From the NCBI GenBank assembly GCA_017615125.1, contig JAGAAS010000017.1:6008-70007 (forward strand): a stretch of DNA of 64,000 nucleotides, read 5' to 3'. The position numbers and the translations under genes were made by a program. Shown in pieces: positions 35,162 through 45,812 of this stretch. The notes beneath the pieces were generated by a model. The model searched no databases. It was not told the DNA's origin and was given only the letters and a program-made list of their open reading frames with translations. Source of the DNA: Bacteroidaceae bacterium (GTDB taxonomy: Bacteria > Bacteroidota > Bacteroidia > Bacteroidales > Bacteroidaceae). How positions within the stretch are numbered: the stretch's first letter is position 1; the number at the start of each line of letters is the position of its first letter.

Positions 35162-36685
35162 ATGGTAAATAATTTCATTGCGAGCCAAATAAGGGCGAAT
35201 TTCGGGTACGAGCCGACGGGAGAACAGGCGTCTGTCATCGATATGCTATCCGATTTTTTGCTCAGCAACGAAGGGCAGAAGAGCCAATGGGTGCTCGGCG
35301 AAGCTTTCCTCCTGCAGGGATTTGCAGGAACGGGAAAGACGACGCTTGTGAGCGCGCTGGTGAAGACGCTCGATCAGCTCAGGCAACGCTGCGTGCTGAT
35401 GGCTCCTACGGGAAAGGCTGCCAAAGTGTTTGCCCTCTACAGCGGGCATCCTGCCTACACCATCCATCGGCGCATCTACCGCCAGAAGAGCCTGACGGAA
35501 GATGCCTCCTTCTCCCTCAACGACAACCTGATGAAGAACACGCTCTTCATCGTGGACGAAGCATCGATGATTGGCGACGACGCTGCCGGCTCCATCTTCG
35601 GAAGCGGGCACCTGCTCGACGACCTCATACGGTTTGTCTATTCGGGCGAAGGGTGCCGATTGCTCCTCATGGGCGACACAGCTCAGCTTCCGCCGGTAGG
35701 ACAAGACGAAAGCCCGGCACTTTCGCCCACAGTATTGCAGGAATACGGGCTGAAAGTGCACGTTGCCTGCCTGACACAAGTGATGCGACAAACGGAAATC
35801 TCGGGAATCCTTCACAACGCAACAGCTATCCGCGAAACCATCACAGCCCTCGCCTCTTCCCACAAAGGAGCCTTCCCCCCTGCCTCGCTCCGTCTGCGCT
35901 GCCTGCCCGACGTGAAAGCTATCACGGGAGGAGACCTGATAGAAAAGCTTTCCGACAGCTACGGACATACGGGAATAGACGACACCATCGTCATCTGTCG
36001 CTCGAACAAGAATGCCAACATCTACAATCGAGGCATCCGCGCAACCATCCTCTACCGCGAAGAGGAGCTGACAAGCGGCGACAGGGTGATGATAGTGAAA
36101 AACAACTACTTCTGGGTGAAAGAGAACCTCCAGCCGGCAACCGACGAAGACAAAACGGCTGACAACGCAAGCCAGCCTCACACGCCCGACTTCCTCGCCA
36201 ACGGCGATATGGGCATCGTGCGCCGCGTGCGTCGTCATCGGGAAGTATATGGATTCCATTTCGCCGACATCACCCTCGAGATGCCCGACTACGACAACTT
36301 CGAATTCACGGCAACAGTACTTCTCGACACGCTCACGTCGGAGTCTCCCTCGCTGACAAGGGAGGAGAGCGACAGGCTTTTCAACGCGGTGATGGAGGAC
36401 TATCAGGACATCACCTCGAAAGCCGAGCGGTACAAGAGACTTCGCGAAGACCCTTACTTCAATGCCCTCCAGATAAAATTCGCTTACGCAGTCACCTGCC
36501 ACAAGGCTCAAGGCGGGCAATGGGACACCGTCTACCTAGATCAAGGATGGCTCCCCCCGGAGACAATAGGAACCATCGACTACTATCGTTGGCTCTACAC
36601 AGCCCTCACCCGCGCCACACGGATGGTCTATCTTGTCAACTGGCGCAAAGAAGAACTCGAAGGACAAGAAAACGACGATTCATGA
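35162..36685 (+). CDS. RecD-like ATP-dependent DNA helicase (AAA_30 / UvrD_C_2 type)
   Basis: Walker A GFAGTGKTT, Walker B IVDEASM, C-terminal YAVTCHKAQGGQW. The track start at 35123 is a TTG; the first ATG is at 35162. Confidence 0.85.
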   Translation: MVNNFIASQIRANFGYEPTGEQASVIDMLSDFLLSNEGQKSQWVLGEAFLLQGFAGTGKTTLVSALVKTLDQLRQRCVLMAPTGKAAKVFALYSGHPAYTIHRRIYRQKSLTEDASFSLNDNLMKNTLFIVDEASMIGDDAAGSIFGSGHLLDDLIRFVYSGEGCRLLLMGDTAQLPPVGQDESPALSPTVLQEYGLKVHVACLTQVMRQTEISGILHNATAIRETITALASSHKGAFPPASLRLRCLPDVKAITGGDLIEKLSDSYGHTGIDDTIVICRSNKNANIYNRGIRATILYREEELTSGDRVMIVKNNYFWVKENLQPATDEDKTADNASQPHTPDFLANGDMGIVRRVRRHREVYGFHFADITLEMPDYDNFEFTATVLLDTLTSESPSLTREESDRLFNAVMEDYQDITSKAERYKRLREDPYFNALQIKFAYAVTCHKAQGGQWDTVYLDQGWLPPETIGTIDYYRWLYTALTRATRMVYLVNWRKEELEGQENDDS

Positions 36686-36734
36686 ACAAAAATCTCCTTT
36701 TTCGAGCACCTTTCACAAAGCCCGCGAAACAATC

Positions 36735-36860
36735 TTCTGATGAGGAAAAAATATGAAGAAAGAAAAAATATTTTTGGAGAAGGAATCTCGCCGTATGAAG
36801 AAAGAAAAAAAATTTTTCCCTTCTCGAAAAAATTTCCTTCTCCTACCAACCGAAAAAGAT
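36735..36860. repeat. Intergenic mosaic repeat family, copy 6
   Basis: Holds the 48-nt core 36785-36832 plus an upstream ATATGAAGAAAGAAAAAATATTTTTGGAGAAGGAA. Confidence 0.8.
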
Positions 36861-36906
36861 CCTTCTCAACTCACGAAAACAGACAAACCCCAACACCCAA
36901 AAATCT

Positions 36907-37551
36907 ATGATCAAGCACATCGTTTTTGACTTCGGCGGAGTACTCATCGACTGGAATCCGCTATACCTTTATAATAATTATTTCGGCAACGAGGAACAGG
37001 CAAGCTGGTTCATCGAAAACATCTGCACGATGGAGTGGAACGTCCAGATGGATGCAGGAAAGCCCTTCGCGCAAGGCATTGCCGAGCTTACCGACAAACA
37101 TCCCGAGTGGGCCGACGCTATTGCCGCCTACCGCAGCCGATGGGGAGAGATGATAGGAGGACCCATTCCCGGCATGCTCCGACAAGTGCGCAGGCTGAAG
37201 CAGGCAGGCTACCACGTGTGGGGACTCAGCAACTGGAACTGGGACACATTCTCCACCATCAAGGACGATTTCCCCGCCGTAGCCGAACTGGAGGGCATCG
37301 TCGTCAGCGGACTCGAACACGTCATCAAGCCTCAGCCGGCTATCTACAACGTACTGCTCGAGCGTTTCCGGCTCCGTCCTGAGGAGTGCATATTTGTCGA
37401 CGACAACTCAGCCAACGTCGAAGGCGCATATGCTGTAGGCATGTACGGGCTGCAGTTTATCGATGCCGAGCAGATGGAACAAGAGCTGAAGACACACTTC
37501 CACGTCTGCTTCGACAAACGGGAAGAAGTGGGGCAAGGAAACAGTTTTTAA
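36907..37551 (+). CDS. HAD-family hydrolase (subfamily IA type)
   Basis: 214 aa with IVFDFGGVLIDW (DxG variant of motif I) and FVDDNSANVEGA motif IV. Confidence 0.8.
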   Translation: MIKHIVFDFGGVLIDWNPLYLYNNYFGNEEQASWFIENICTMEWNVQMDAGKPFAQGIAELTDKHPEWADAIAAYRSRWGEMIGGPIPGMLRQVRRLKQAGYHVWGLSNWNWDTFSTIKDDFPAVAELEGIVVSGLEHVIKPQPAIYNVLLERFRLRPEECIFVDDNSANVEGAYAVGMYGLQFIDAEQMEQELKTHFHVCFDKREEVGQGNSF

Positions 37552-37632
37552 AAACTTTTTTGGCTGATTATTTTGAATAATAAAAGGAATTCGTTTCTTT
37601 TGCATGATAAAACCGAAAAAACGACTAATACT

Positions 37633-38724
37633 ATGGTAAACGTATGTAATCCAAACAACCTCTCGGGGCTCCGACAGGAAGATTTTCAGAAAACAATAGA
37701 CAACAAACAGACCGACTTGTTCATCCTCACGAACAAGCAGGGCAACGAGGTAGCCTTCACCAACTACGGAGGAGCGCTCTGCACCATTATGGTTCCCGAC
37801 AAGGACGGCAAGCGAGCCAACGTCGTGCAGGGACACGACAGCATCGAGCACGTCATCAACAGCCCGAACGAATTCCTCAGCACCCTCATTGGGCGCTACG
37901 GCAACCGTATCTGCAAAGGACGCTTCACGCTCGACGGCAAAGAGTACAAGCTCGCCATCAACAACGGGCCGAATCATCTGCACGGCGGACCTACCGGTTT
38001 CCACGCACGCGTGTGGGATGCCGAGAAGCTGTCTGAGAACAGCGTCAAGCTGCACCGCATCTCTCCCGACGGCGAAGAGGGATTTCCCGGCACCGTCGAC
38101 ATCACCGTCGTCTACACCTTTACCGACAACGATGAGTTGGTTATCGAATACAAAGCCACAACCGACAAGAAGACCATCATCAACCTCACGCATCACGGGT
38201 TTTTCAGCCTCAGCGGACTGCAGAAAGACACAGCTTCCGTCGAGCGCGATGTGCTGACGCTCAACGCCGATCATTACGTTCCTATCGACGACACTTCTAT
38301 TCCCCTCGGTACCATCGACGCTGTTGCCGGCACGCCTTTCGATTTCCGCACGCCCCACGTGGTAGGCGAGCGTATCGATGCCGACAATGTGCAGACACGC
38401 AACGGAGCCGGCTACGATCATTGCTGGGTGCTCAACAAGCGTGAGCCGGGCGAGTTGACGTTTGCCGCCAAGTGCGTCGATCCCGTAACGGGGCGCTGTC
38501 TGGAAGTCTACACCACCGAGCCTGGAGTACAAATCTACACCAGCAACTGGCACGACGGATTCGAAGGATGGCACGGAGCCACCTTCCCCAAGCGCAGCGC
38601 TATCTGCTTCGAGGCACAGCACTTCCCCGACAGCCCCAACCGCGACTACTTCCCAAGCGTCGTCCTGAAGCCGGGAGAAGTCTACACCCAGACAACAATA
38701 TTCAAGTTCTCCGTTGAAAAATAA
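37633..38724 (+). CDS. galM: Aldose 1-epimerase (galactose mutarotase)
   Basis: Blocks GRYGNRI, NNGPNHLHGG and FEAQHFPDSPN. The track start at 37573 is a TTG; the first in-frame ATG is at 37633. Confidence 0.9.
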   Translation: MVNVCNPNNLSGLRQEDFQKTIDNKQTDLFILTNKQGNEVAFTNYGGALCTIMVPDKDGKRANVVQGHDSIEHVINSPNEFLSTLIGRYGNRICKGRFTLDGKEYKLAINNGPNHLHGGPTGFHARVWDAEKLSENSVKLHRISPDGEEGFPGTVDITVVYTFTDNDELVIEYKATTDKKTIINLTHHGFFSLSGLQKDTASVERDVLTLNADHYVPIDDTSIPLGTIDAVAGTPFDFRTPHVVGERIDADNVQTRNGAGYDHCWVLNKREPGELTFAAKCVDPVTGRCLEVYTTEPGVQIYTSNWHDGFEGWHGATFPKRSAICFEAQHFPDSPNRDYFPSVVLKPGEVYTQTTIFKFSVEK

Positions 38725-38769
38725 AAGGAAGAAAAAGTAACATTATTATTCATATTAATCTCTAAAAAA

Positions 38770-40092
38770 ATGAGTACAGAAAAAAAGAAAAGTAACGTAG
38801 TAGCAATCGTTACGATGTGTTTCATCTTCGCGATGATTTCGTTTGTCACCAACATGGCAGCCCCCTTCGGCAACATCTGGGGTTACAAGTATGAGTGGGC
38901 AGGCATGATGGGTAACCTGATGAACTTTGCCGCTTACTTGTTCATGGGAATTCCCGCCGGTAAGATGCTTATGAAAATCGGTTACAAGAAGACCACCCTT
39001 GTGGCTCTTGCCGTAGGATTCATCGGTATCGTCATTCAGTATCTTAGCAGTCTGCTGGGTGCTGGCGTGGAAGTATTCTCCTATAAGGGCCAGCCTGTGG
39101 AACTGAATCTGATTATCTATCTGCTCGGTGCCTTCGTCTGCGGATTCTGCGTCTGCATTCTTAACACCGTTGTCAATCCTATGCTCAACATCCTCGGTGG
39201 TGGAGGAAATCGCGGCAACCAGCTCATCCAGACGGGCGGTACCCTTAACTCGCTGACTGGAACCCTCACCCCGTTGCTCGTTGGTGCCCTCATCGGTACT
39301 CTCTCCCCCAACACATCCATGAAGGATGTCACCCCGCTGCTCTTCATCGCTATGGGCGTCTTCGCAGTAGCCTTCATCATCATCAGCCTGGTAAAGATTC
39401 CCGAGCCCGCCAAGGAGCGCAATGCTACCACATACGAGCACAGCGCCTGGAAGTTCCGCCACTTCGTGCTTGGCGCCATCGCCATCTTCTTCTATGTAGG
39501 TATCGAGATCGGTATCCCCGCTCAGGTTAACTTCTTCCTTTCCGATGCATCCTCCAAGGGTGCCGGCATCGCCGTCAACGGAGCTGCTATCGGTGGCGCT
39601 ATTGCTGCTGTTTACTGGCTCCTCATGATGGTGGGCCGTGCAGCTTCTACTGCCATCAGCGGCAAGGTGAGCACCCGCACTCAGATGATTACCGTTAGCA
39701 CGGTAGCCATCATCCTCATCCTCATCGCTATCTTCATCCCCAAGGACATCAGAGTCAATATGCCCGGCTATAGCGCTGCCGACGGTTTCGGCATGTTCCA
39801 GGTTCCCCTGAGCTGTCTCTTCCTTGTCCTCTGCGGTCTCTGCACCAGCGTTATGTGGGGTGCTATCTACAACCTTGCAGTTGAGGGACTCGGAAAATAT
39901 ACCGAGCAGGCTTCCGGCATCTTCATGATGCTCGTTGTCGGCGGCGGTGTCATGCCGTTCATCCAGAACCTCATTGCCAAGAGCGCCGGCTATATGGTAA
40001 GCTACTGGCTCGTTATCGCAATGCTTGCTTACCTGCTCTACTATGCTCTCGTTGGCTGCAAGAACGTAAACAAGGACATCCCTGTTGAATAA
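38770..40092 (+). CDS. MFS sugar transporter (glucose/galactose GluP/FucP type)
   Basis: 440 aa with about 12 TM segments. Located between galM and galK. Confidence 0.85.
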   Translation: MSTEKKKSNVVAIVTMCFIFAMISFVTNMAAPFGNIWGYKYEWAGMMGNLMNFAAYLFMGIPAGKMLMKIGYKKTTLVALAVGFIGIVIQYLSSLLGAGVEVFSYKGQPVELNLIIYLLGAFVCGFCVCILNTVVNPMLNILGGGGNRGNQLIQTGGTLNSLTGTLTPLLVGALIGTLSPNTSMKDVTPLLFIAMGVFAVAFIIISLVKIPEPAKERNATTYEHSAWKFRHFVLGAIAIFFYVGIEIGIPAQVNFFLSDASSKGAGIAVNGAAIGGAIAAVYWLLMMVGRAASTAISGKVSTRTQMITVSTVAIILILIAIFIPKDIRVNMPGYSAADGFGMFQVPLSCLFLVLCGLCTSVMWGAIYNLAVEGLGKYTEQASGIFMMLVVGGGVMPFIQNLIAKSAGYMVSYWLVIAMLAYLLYYALVGCKNVNKDIPVE

Positions 40093-40124
40093 TCTATTAC
40101 TAACGTAACAAATAAAATCATACT

Positions 40125-41288
40125 ATGGACATTCAAATTGTAAGAGCTGCTTTCAAAGCGAGATTCGACACGGAAGGTGCTGTCTACGCATCGCCTGGAC
40201 GTATCAATCTCATTGGAGAACATACCGACTACAATGGAGGTTTCGTCTTCCCCGGTGCTGTAGACAAAGGTATGGTTGCCGAAATCAAGCCCAACGGGCT
40301 GGATAAGGTGCGTGCCTATGCTATCGACATCAAGCCTGAGGACGGAGAAGCCAACTATGTAGAGTTTGGCTTGAACGAAGAGGATAAGCCCAAAGAGCAT
40401 TGGGCTTGCTACGTCTTCGGCGTTTGTCGCGAGCTGCAGAAGCGCGGTGTAGAAGTCAAGGGCTTCGACACAGCCTTCGCAGGCGATGTTCCCCTCGGTG
40501 CCGGCATGTCTTCATCGGCTGCGCTCGAGAGCACATTTGCTTTCGCCCTCAATGAAATCTTCAACGGCAACATCGATAAATTCGAGCTTGCCAAAGTGGG
40601 ACAGATGACCGAGCACAACTACTGTGGTGTGAAGTGCGGAATCATGGATCAGTTTGCCAGCGTCTTTGGCAAGAAGGGAAGCCTTATCCGTCTCGACTGC
40701 CGTTCGATGGAGTTCGAATACTTCCCCTTCAACCCGAAGGGCTACAAGCTCGTGCTTGTCAACACGTGCGTTAAGCACATGCTGGGAGACGAATACAACC
40801 AACGTCGACAGAGCTGCGAGAATGTTGTTGCTGCCCTCAAACCCAAGTATCCTGACATTGAGACTCTTCGCGACGTTAGCTACGACATGCTGGAAGAGGC
40901 TAAGCCCCTTGTTAGCCAGACTGACTATCGTCGTGCCCATTATGTACTGGGAGAAAAAGACCGTGTGCTTGCTGTATGCTACGCGCTGGAGAAGGGCGAC
41001 TACGATACAGTAGGACAAAAGATGTACGAGACCCACTGGGGCATGAGCAAGGAGTACGGCGTCAGCTGCGACGAGCTGGATTTCCTCGCTGTTCTTGCTA
41101 AAGAGTGTGGCGTAACCGGTTGCCGCGTAATGGGCGGAGGATTTGGAGGATGTACCATCAACCTTGTCAAGGATGAGTTGTACGATTCCTTCATCGCACG
41201 TGCAAAAGCCGAGTTCGAAAAGGAATTCGGTCATGCTCCGCTTGTTTACGATGTTGTTATCGGTGACGGATCACGTCGTATTGCCTAA
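40125..41288 (+). CDS. galK: Galactokinase
   Basis: GRINLIGEHTDYNGG signature and GHMP motif PLGAGMSSSAA. Confidence 0.95.
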   Translation: MDIQIVRAAFKARFDTEGAVYASPGRINLIGEHTDYNGGFVFPGAVDKGMVAEIKPNGLDKVRAYAIDIKPEDGEANYVEFGLNEEDKPKEHWACYVFGVCRELQKRGVEVKGFDTAFAGDVPLGAGMSSSAALESTFAFALNEIFNGNIDKFELAKVGQMTEHNYCGVKCGIMDQFASVFGKKGSLIRLDCRSMEFEYFPFNPKGYKLVLVNTCVKHMLGDEYNQRRQSCENVVAALKPKYPDIETLRDVSYDMLEEAKPLVSQTDYRRAHYVLGEKDRVLAVCYALEKGDYDTVGQKMYETHWGMSKEYGVSCDELDFLAVLAKECGVTGCRVMGGGFGGCTINLVKDELYDSFIARAKAEFEKEFGHAPLVYDVVIGDGSRRIA

Positions 41289-41680
41289 TGGATCAGCACA
41301 ATGAATTCGGACGCCGTGGCGAAGACCTCGCCACGGCGCTCCTATTAAGTAAAGGCTATTCCATACTCGACAGGAACTGGAGAAGCGGACATAAGGAACT
41401 CGACATCGTTGCTCGCGACGGAGCCGACATCGTTTTCGTGGAAGTGAAAACGCGAAAGAACGAAGAGATAACAAGTGCCATTGAAGCCGTCAACCGCGAC
41501 AAGATGATGCGCATCATTTCCGCAGCAGAAGCCTATATCAAGGCGCACAACTACGACCTTGAGCCGCGTTTCGACATCGTAACTCTCGTTGGCGCGGAGC
41601 CAAACCTGCAGATTGAGCACCTTGAGGATGCCTTCTTCGTCCCTTTGACGAAGACAAGATCAAGGCGTTCCGTGAAATGA
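41288..41680 (+). CDS. yraN: YraN-family (UPF0102) endonuclease-like protein
   Basis: 130 aa with GEDLATALLLSKGYSILDRNWR...ELDIVARD...VFVEVKTR pattern. TAATG overlap with the galK stop. Confidence 0.85.
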   Translation: MDQHNEFGRRGEDLATALLLSKGYSILDRNWRSGHKELDIVARDGADIVFVEVKTRKNEEITSAIEAVNRDKMMRIISAAEAYIKAHNYDLEPRFDIVTLVGAEPNLQIEHLEDAFFVPLTKTRSRRSVK

Positions 41681-41744
41681 TTTCCTGACATTCCGACAGA
41701 AAAGCCCCCTCTCCATCTAATGCAAAGAAACTTCCCGCGGATAT

Positions 41745-41850
41745 GTATTCTCCAAAAAGAATTATGGAGAACAAATAATAATTTTTTCTTTCTTCATAAT
41801 TTTTTTTGAAGAAAGAATCTCGCGAGATGAAGAAAGAAAAAATCAAGCTA
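41745..41850. repeat. Intergenic mosaic repeat family, copy 7
   Basis: Perfect 11-bp hairpin TTCTTTCTTCA/TGAAGAAAGAA (41786-41796/41807-41817), then ATCTCGCGAGATGAAGAAAGAAAAAA. Confidence 0.75.
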
Positions 41851-41911
41851 CTCCTAGCAACAGATTTCCGCAAGGATATTCCTTCGGAAAAACACTCCTA
41901 ACAACGATACA

Positions 41912-42700
41912 ATGACAAACCCCGAAGAGTTCCGCTGGGACAAGGATGCCGAATGGATTCGGCTCGAGGAAACCGTATCTACCAATACCTTTTTAAAAAC
42001 CTACAAGCACGAAGAAGGTAGGCTTTCCTACATCGTAGTCACAACTCAATTCCAGACGGCAGGACGCGGGCAGCGAGGAAACAGCTGGGAATCGGAAGCG
42101 GGGAAAAACCTCCTTTTTTCCATCGCCGAAGAAAAGGTTCCCGTTGCTCCTCAGGACCAGTTCTTCATTTCAGAACTCATCTCCTGCAGCATCGTCTCCA
42201 TGCTGCAGGAAAGGTTTCCCGCGCACAAGGAAAACTTCAAGATTAAATGGCCCAACGACATCTACTGGCGCGACAAGAAGCTGGCAGGCATCCTCATCGA
42301 GCACGAGCTTACCGACAGCCACATTGCACGCACCATCATCGGTGTGGGGTTGAATGTTAATCAGGAAACCTTTGTCAGCAGTGCACCCAACCCCGTTTCC
42401 CTTCTACAGATCACGGGGGAGGAAACATCTCAACCCGAACTTTTGCTACACGACTTGCTCACTCGTTACGCAAACGTCATGCTGAAATATCCTGAAGACA
42501 GCACTTATTGGCAAGATCATATTCGTTGCCAATACCATTCTATGCTCTACAGAAAAGGAATTCTCGCTCGTTACCAAGACACCGAAGGTTCGTTTGAAGC
42601 CGTGCTGGAAGAAGTGGAGCCAAACGGAATGCTGTGCTTACGTGACTGTGACAGCCACATACGCCGATATGCATTCAAGGAAGTTTCCTATATTCTTTAG
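41912..42700 (+). CDS. birA: Biotin--[acetyl-CoA-carboxylase] ligase (no N-terminal HTH)
   Basis: 262 aa with QTAGRGQRGNSWES and KWPNDIY motifs. Confidence 0.9.
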   Translation: MTNPEEFRWDKDAEWIRLEETVSTNTFLKTYKHEEGRLSYIVVTTQFQTAGRGQRGNSWESEAGKNLLFSIAEEKVPVAPQDQFFISELISCSIVSMLQERFPAHKENFKIKWPNDIYWRDKKLAGILIEHELTDSHIARTIIGVGLNVNQETFVSSAPNPVSLLQITGEETSQPELLLHDLLTRYANVMLKYPEDSTYWQDHIRCQYHSMLYRKGILARYQDTEGSFEAVLEEVEPNGMLCLRDCDSHIRRYAFKEVSYIL

Positions 42701-42730
42701 GGAACCTTCTTTCCCGAAAGCAAGCGATTG

Positions 42731-43750
42731 TTAATCCTCGTAACCGTTCGGGTTGTTCTTTTGCCAGTTCCAACTGTCTCGGCACATCTCATCAATACCG
42801 AATTCAGCCGTCCAGCCAAGTTCTCGAGCCGCTTTCGCTGGGTCACTATAACAGGTAGCAATATCTCCCGCACGACGAGGTTTAATCTGATACGGGATGC
42901 GCACTCCATTCACACGCTCAAATGCCTTGACGATATCGAGCACAGAATAGCCGTGACCTGTCCCAAGATTATAAATGGCAAGCCCGCACTTGCGCTCAAT
43001 CGCCTTCAGAGCACACACATGCCCGCGTGCAAGGTCCACCACATGAATATAGTCACGCACACCCGTGCCGTCGTGAGTGTTGTAATCATTTCCAAAAACG
43101 CCCAGCTCAGGACGTTTGCCCACAGCAACCTGCGTGATATAAGGCATCAGATTATTGGGAATACCATTCGGATTTTCACCAATACGCCCGCTTGGATGTG
43201 CTCCTATCGGGTTAAAGTAGCGAAGAAGGACGATATTCCACTCAGGATCGGCTGCCTGCATGTCCATCATGATATCTTCGAGCATGCTTTTCGTCTTGCC
43301 ATAAGGATTGGTGCAACGTCCCTTCGGACACTCCTCCGTGATAGGTATTTGTGCCGGATCGCCATAAACAGTTGCTGAAGATGAGAAAATAATGTTCTTG
43401 CAACCGTGCTTGCGCATCACATCCAGCAGCACTAACGTGCCGTTGATATTGTTATCGTAATACTCCCAGGGCTTTTCCACGCTCTCTCCGACAGCTTTCA
43501 AGCCAGCAAAATGGATACAGGCATCGAACCGATACTTTTCCATTACTTTGCTCAAGCCTTCCCTATCACGGATGTCAACCTGATAAAAAGGAATGTCTGC
43601 TCCGTTGATAAGCTCTGAAACCCGCTCGAGAGATTTCTCTTTTGCATTGCAGAGGTTGTCGATAACTACCATCTCATGACCTGCTTTGTGCAGCTCAATA
43701 AGTGTGTGCGAGCCGATAAATCCAGCTCCGCCAGTTACAAGGATCTTCAT
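42731..43750 (-). CDS. galE: UDP-glucose 4-epimerase
   Basis: 339 aa with [11 protein letters not shown] and YGKTK (YxxxK). Confidence 0.95.
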   Translation of the reverse strand: MKILVTGGAGFIGSHTLIELHKAGHEMVVIDNLCNAKEKSLERVSELINGADIPFYQVDIRDREGLSKVMEKYRFDACIHFAGLKAVGESVEKPWEYYDNNINGTLVLLDVMRKHGCKNIIFSSSATVYGDPAQIPITEECPKGRCTNPYGKTKSMLEDIMMDMQAADPEWNIVLLRYFNPIGAHPSGRIGENPNGIPNNLMPYITQVAVGKRPELGVFGNDYNTHDGTGVRDYIHVVDLARGHVCALKAIERKCGLAIYNLGTGHGYSVLDIVKAFERVNGVRIPYQIKPRRAGDIATCYSDPAKAARELGWTAEFGIDEMCRDSWNWQKNNPNGYED

Positions 43751-43822
43751 AGTTATATTGATTCAAATAATTATCTTATCTTTTCTTTTATCTTACTGAA
43801 GAATGAGGAGGAAAAGAACAAC

Positions 43823-44446
43823 TTATCCAATGCCGAAGAACTGAGCTATTCCCTTGTCCATTCCGCCGAATCCCATAAACGCCAGCGCCAGAAGTCCAGC
43901 GGTAACCAATGCTACGGACATTCCCTGCATACCACGAGGAATCTTCACCATTTCCATCTGCTCGCGAAGTCCGGCAAACACGATAAGAGCCAAAGCAAAT
44001 CCTATAGCGGTACAAAGAGCATAGACAACACCCGTCAGAAGATTCACGGGCAATCCCTGCGGATCGTAAGTACCATTCGCAACAAGAATACTAACGCCGA
44101 GAATGCAGCAATTCGTAGTGATAAGCGGAAGGAAGACACCCAGCGCCTGATACAACGAAGGAGAAAGCTTCTTCAACACGATTTCCACCATCTGCACCAA
44201 AGCAGCAATAACCAAGATAAAGACTATTGTCTGCAAGTACGCAAGTTTAAGAGGATTCAGCACCCAAACCTGCAGCAGATAGGTAACGATGGTAGCAAGC
44301 ACCAAGACGAAAGTGACAGCCAATCCCATTCCCTTTGCGGTATCCACCTTCTTCGAAACACCAAGGAAAGGACATATTCCTAGGAATTGCGACAGGACGA
44401 CGTTGTTGACAAAGATGGCTGAAATAAAAATCAGAATATATTGCAT
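43823..44446 (-). CDS. rnfA: Rnf electron transport complex subunit A
   Basis: 207 aa polytopic protein. VNNVVLSQFLGICPFLGVS N-terminus is typical of RnfA/RsxA. Confidence 0.9.
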   Translation of the reverse strand: MQYILIFISAIFVNNVVLSQFLGICPFLGVSKKVDTAKGMGLAVTFVLVLATIVTYLLQVWVLNPLKLAYLQTIVFILVIAALVQMVEIVLKKLSPSLYQALGVFLPLITTNCCILGVSILVANGTYDPQGLPVNLLTGVVYALCTAIGFALALIVFAGLREQMEMVKIPRGMQGMSVALVTAGLLALAFMGFGGMDKGIAQFFGIG

Positions 44447-44473
44447 AGCCTATACGTTTTAGCGGTTTGACAA

Positions 44474-45064
44474 TCAATTCTTCTTCGCATTCAAGGCATT
44501 GAAGGCAGCTATCAGGAAGCCCAGCGTGATAAAGGCTCCGGGAGCGAGAACAAATACCAGCATGTTAGTTGATGCTGGAAGAACGTGCAAGCCAAAGAAC
44601 GAGCCTGTTCCGAGCAATTCGCGCAACGCTCCAAGAAGAGTCAACGCACAAGTGAAGCCCAAGCCCATACCCAAGCCGTCGAAGAAAGAAGGCACAGGCC
44701 CGTTCTTTGCTGCGAAAGCTTCAGCGCGCCCCAGAATGATGCAGTTGACCACAATCAGCGGGATAAACAAGCCCAGAGTCTTATACAGTTCTGGTAGGAA
44801 CGCCTGCATTATCATCTGAAGGGCAGTAACGAACGATGCGATGACAACAATATAAGCAGGGATGTGCACTTTGTCGGGAATAAGATTTCGGAGTAACGCA
44901 ATTACCACGTTCGAGCAGATAAGCACGAAGGTAGTAGCAAGCCCCATCGACATACCGTTGATGGCCGAAGAAGTGGTTCCCAGCGTCGGGCACATACCAA
45001 GAAGAAGGACGAAAGTAGGATTCTCCTTGATAAGTCCGTTGAGAAATATTTTGATATTCTTCAT
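44474..45064 (-). CDS. rnfE: Rnf electron transport complex subunit E
   Basis: 196 aa polytopic protein with NPTFVLLLGMCPTLGTT. Position in the rnf cluster fits. Confidence 0.9.
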   Translation of the reverse strand: MKNIKIFLNGLIKENPTFVLLLGMCPTLGTTSSAINGMSMGLATTFVLICSNVVIALLRNLIPDKVHIPAYIVVIASFVTALQMIMQAFLPELYKTLGLFIPLIVVNCIILGRAEAFAAKNGPVPSFFDGLGMGLGFTCALTLLGALRELLGTGSFFGLHVLPASTNMLVFVLAPGAFITLGFLIAAFNALNAKKN

Positions 45065-45083
45065 AGTGAATTATTCCTTTTTG

Positions 45084-45812
45084 TTATTCGTTTTTTCCTT
45101 CTTCAAAATCTTTTTTCCCTTCTTCATATTCAGAAGTCTGGGCTTGCTGCGTAGCAGAAGTGACAGCATCAGCAGCCGTGCTTCCCATATACGCATAGTA
45201 AGCATTCTGAACCGTACGCAGGAAAGCACGCGAGGTAATAGTTGATGCCGTGATAGCATCCACTTCACCTCCATCCTTGCTCACCGTCAAGTTGCTGCTG
45301 CCGGGATTCATTCCGATAACATTATGACTTCCTGCCGGATCAGGATTTCCGAAGAACACCTTCGAGAAAGCGCTGACAACTTTCGTTTCTGTCGTTGCCT
45401 CAGTGCGGAACCATTCGTTAGCACGCGCTCCTAAACCTGGAGTCTCGGAATGCTGCATAACCTGATATCCCTGTATTTCTCCATTTCCCGAGAAACCAAC
45501 GAGGACTACGATAGGGCCTCCAAAGCCCTTCTCGTCACGAGCCTGTACGGCAGTACCAACGGCAGAACCATCGGCACGAGTAACTCGGAAGACAATGTTT
45601 CCGTTTTCTGTCGTATCCGTCTGGCAAACGATGCTGTCAGCGGGCTCCAGGTTCAGCACCGCCTTGATGCCCGCAGCCTGATTGTCGGCAGTAATCTTTT
45701 CGATAGGACCTTTTGTCACGCTATTGATGTAAGCTAACAGACCTGCTGCTACCAACGAAATGATGGTCAGCACGAGTACCATATTCTTAAAGGACGATTC
45801 GAGACGTTTCAT
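45084..45812 (-). CDS. rnfG: Rnf electron transport complex subunit G (FMN-binding)
   Basis: 242 aa with an N-terminal TM. Flavinylation-type segment VDAITASTITSRAF. C-terminal acidic tail. Confidence 0.85.
   Translation of the reverse strand: MKRLESSFKNMVLVLTIISLVAAGLLAYINSVTKGPIEKITADNQAAGIKAVLNLEPADSIVCQTDTTENGNIVFRVTRADGSAVGTAVQARDEKGFGGPIVVLVGFSGNGEIQGYQVMQHSETPGLGARANEWFRTEATTETKVVSAFSKVFFGNPDPAGSHNVIGMNPGSSNLTVSKDGGEVDAITASTITSRAFLRTVQNAYYAYMGSTAADAVTSATQQAQTSEYEEGKKDFEEGKNE

Noticed and set aside
35246-38622. 424-aa (35246..36520) and 404-aa (37408..38622) minus-strand ORFs
   Set aside because: They are antisense to the RecD-like helicase and to the HAD and galM genes. No motifs are present.
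38755-39462. 235-aa minus-strand ORF, plus 42728..43378 and 43676..44383 on the plus strand
   Set aside because: They are antisense to the MFS transporter, galE and rnfA respectively. The sense genes are unambiguous.
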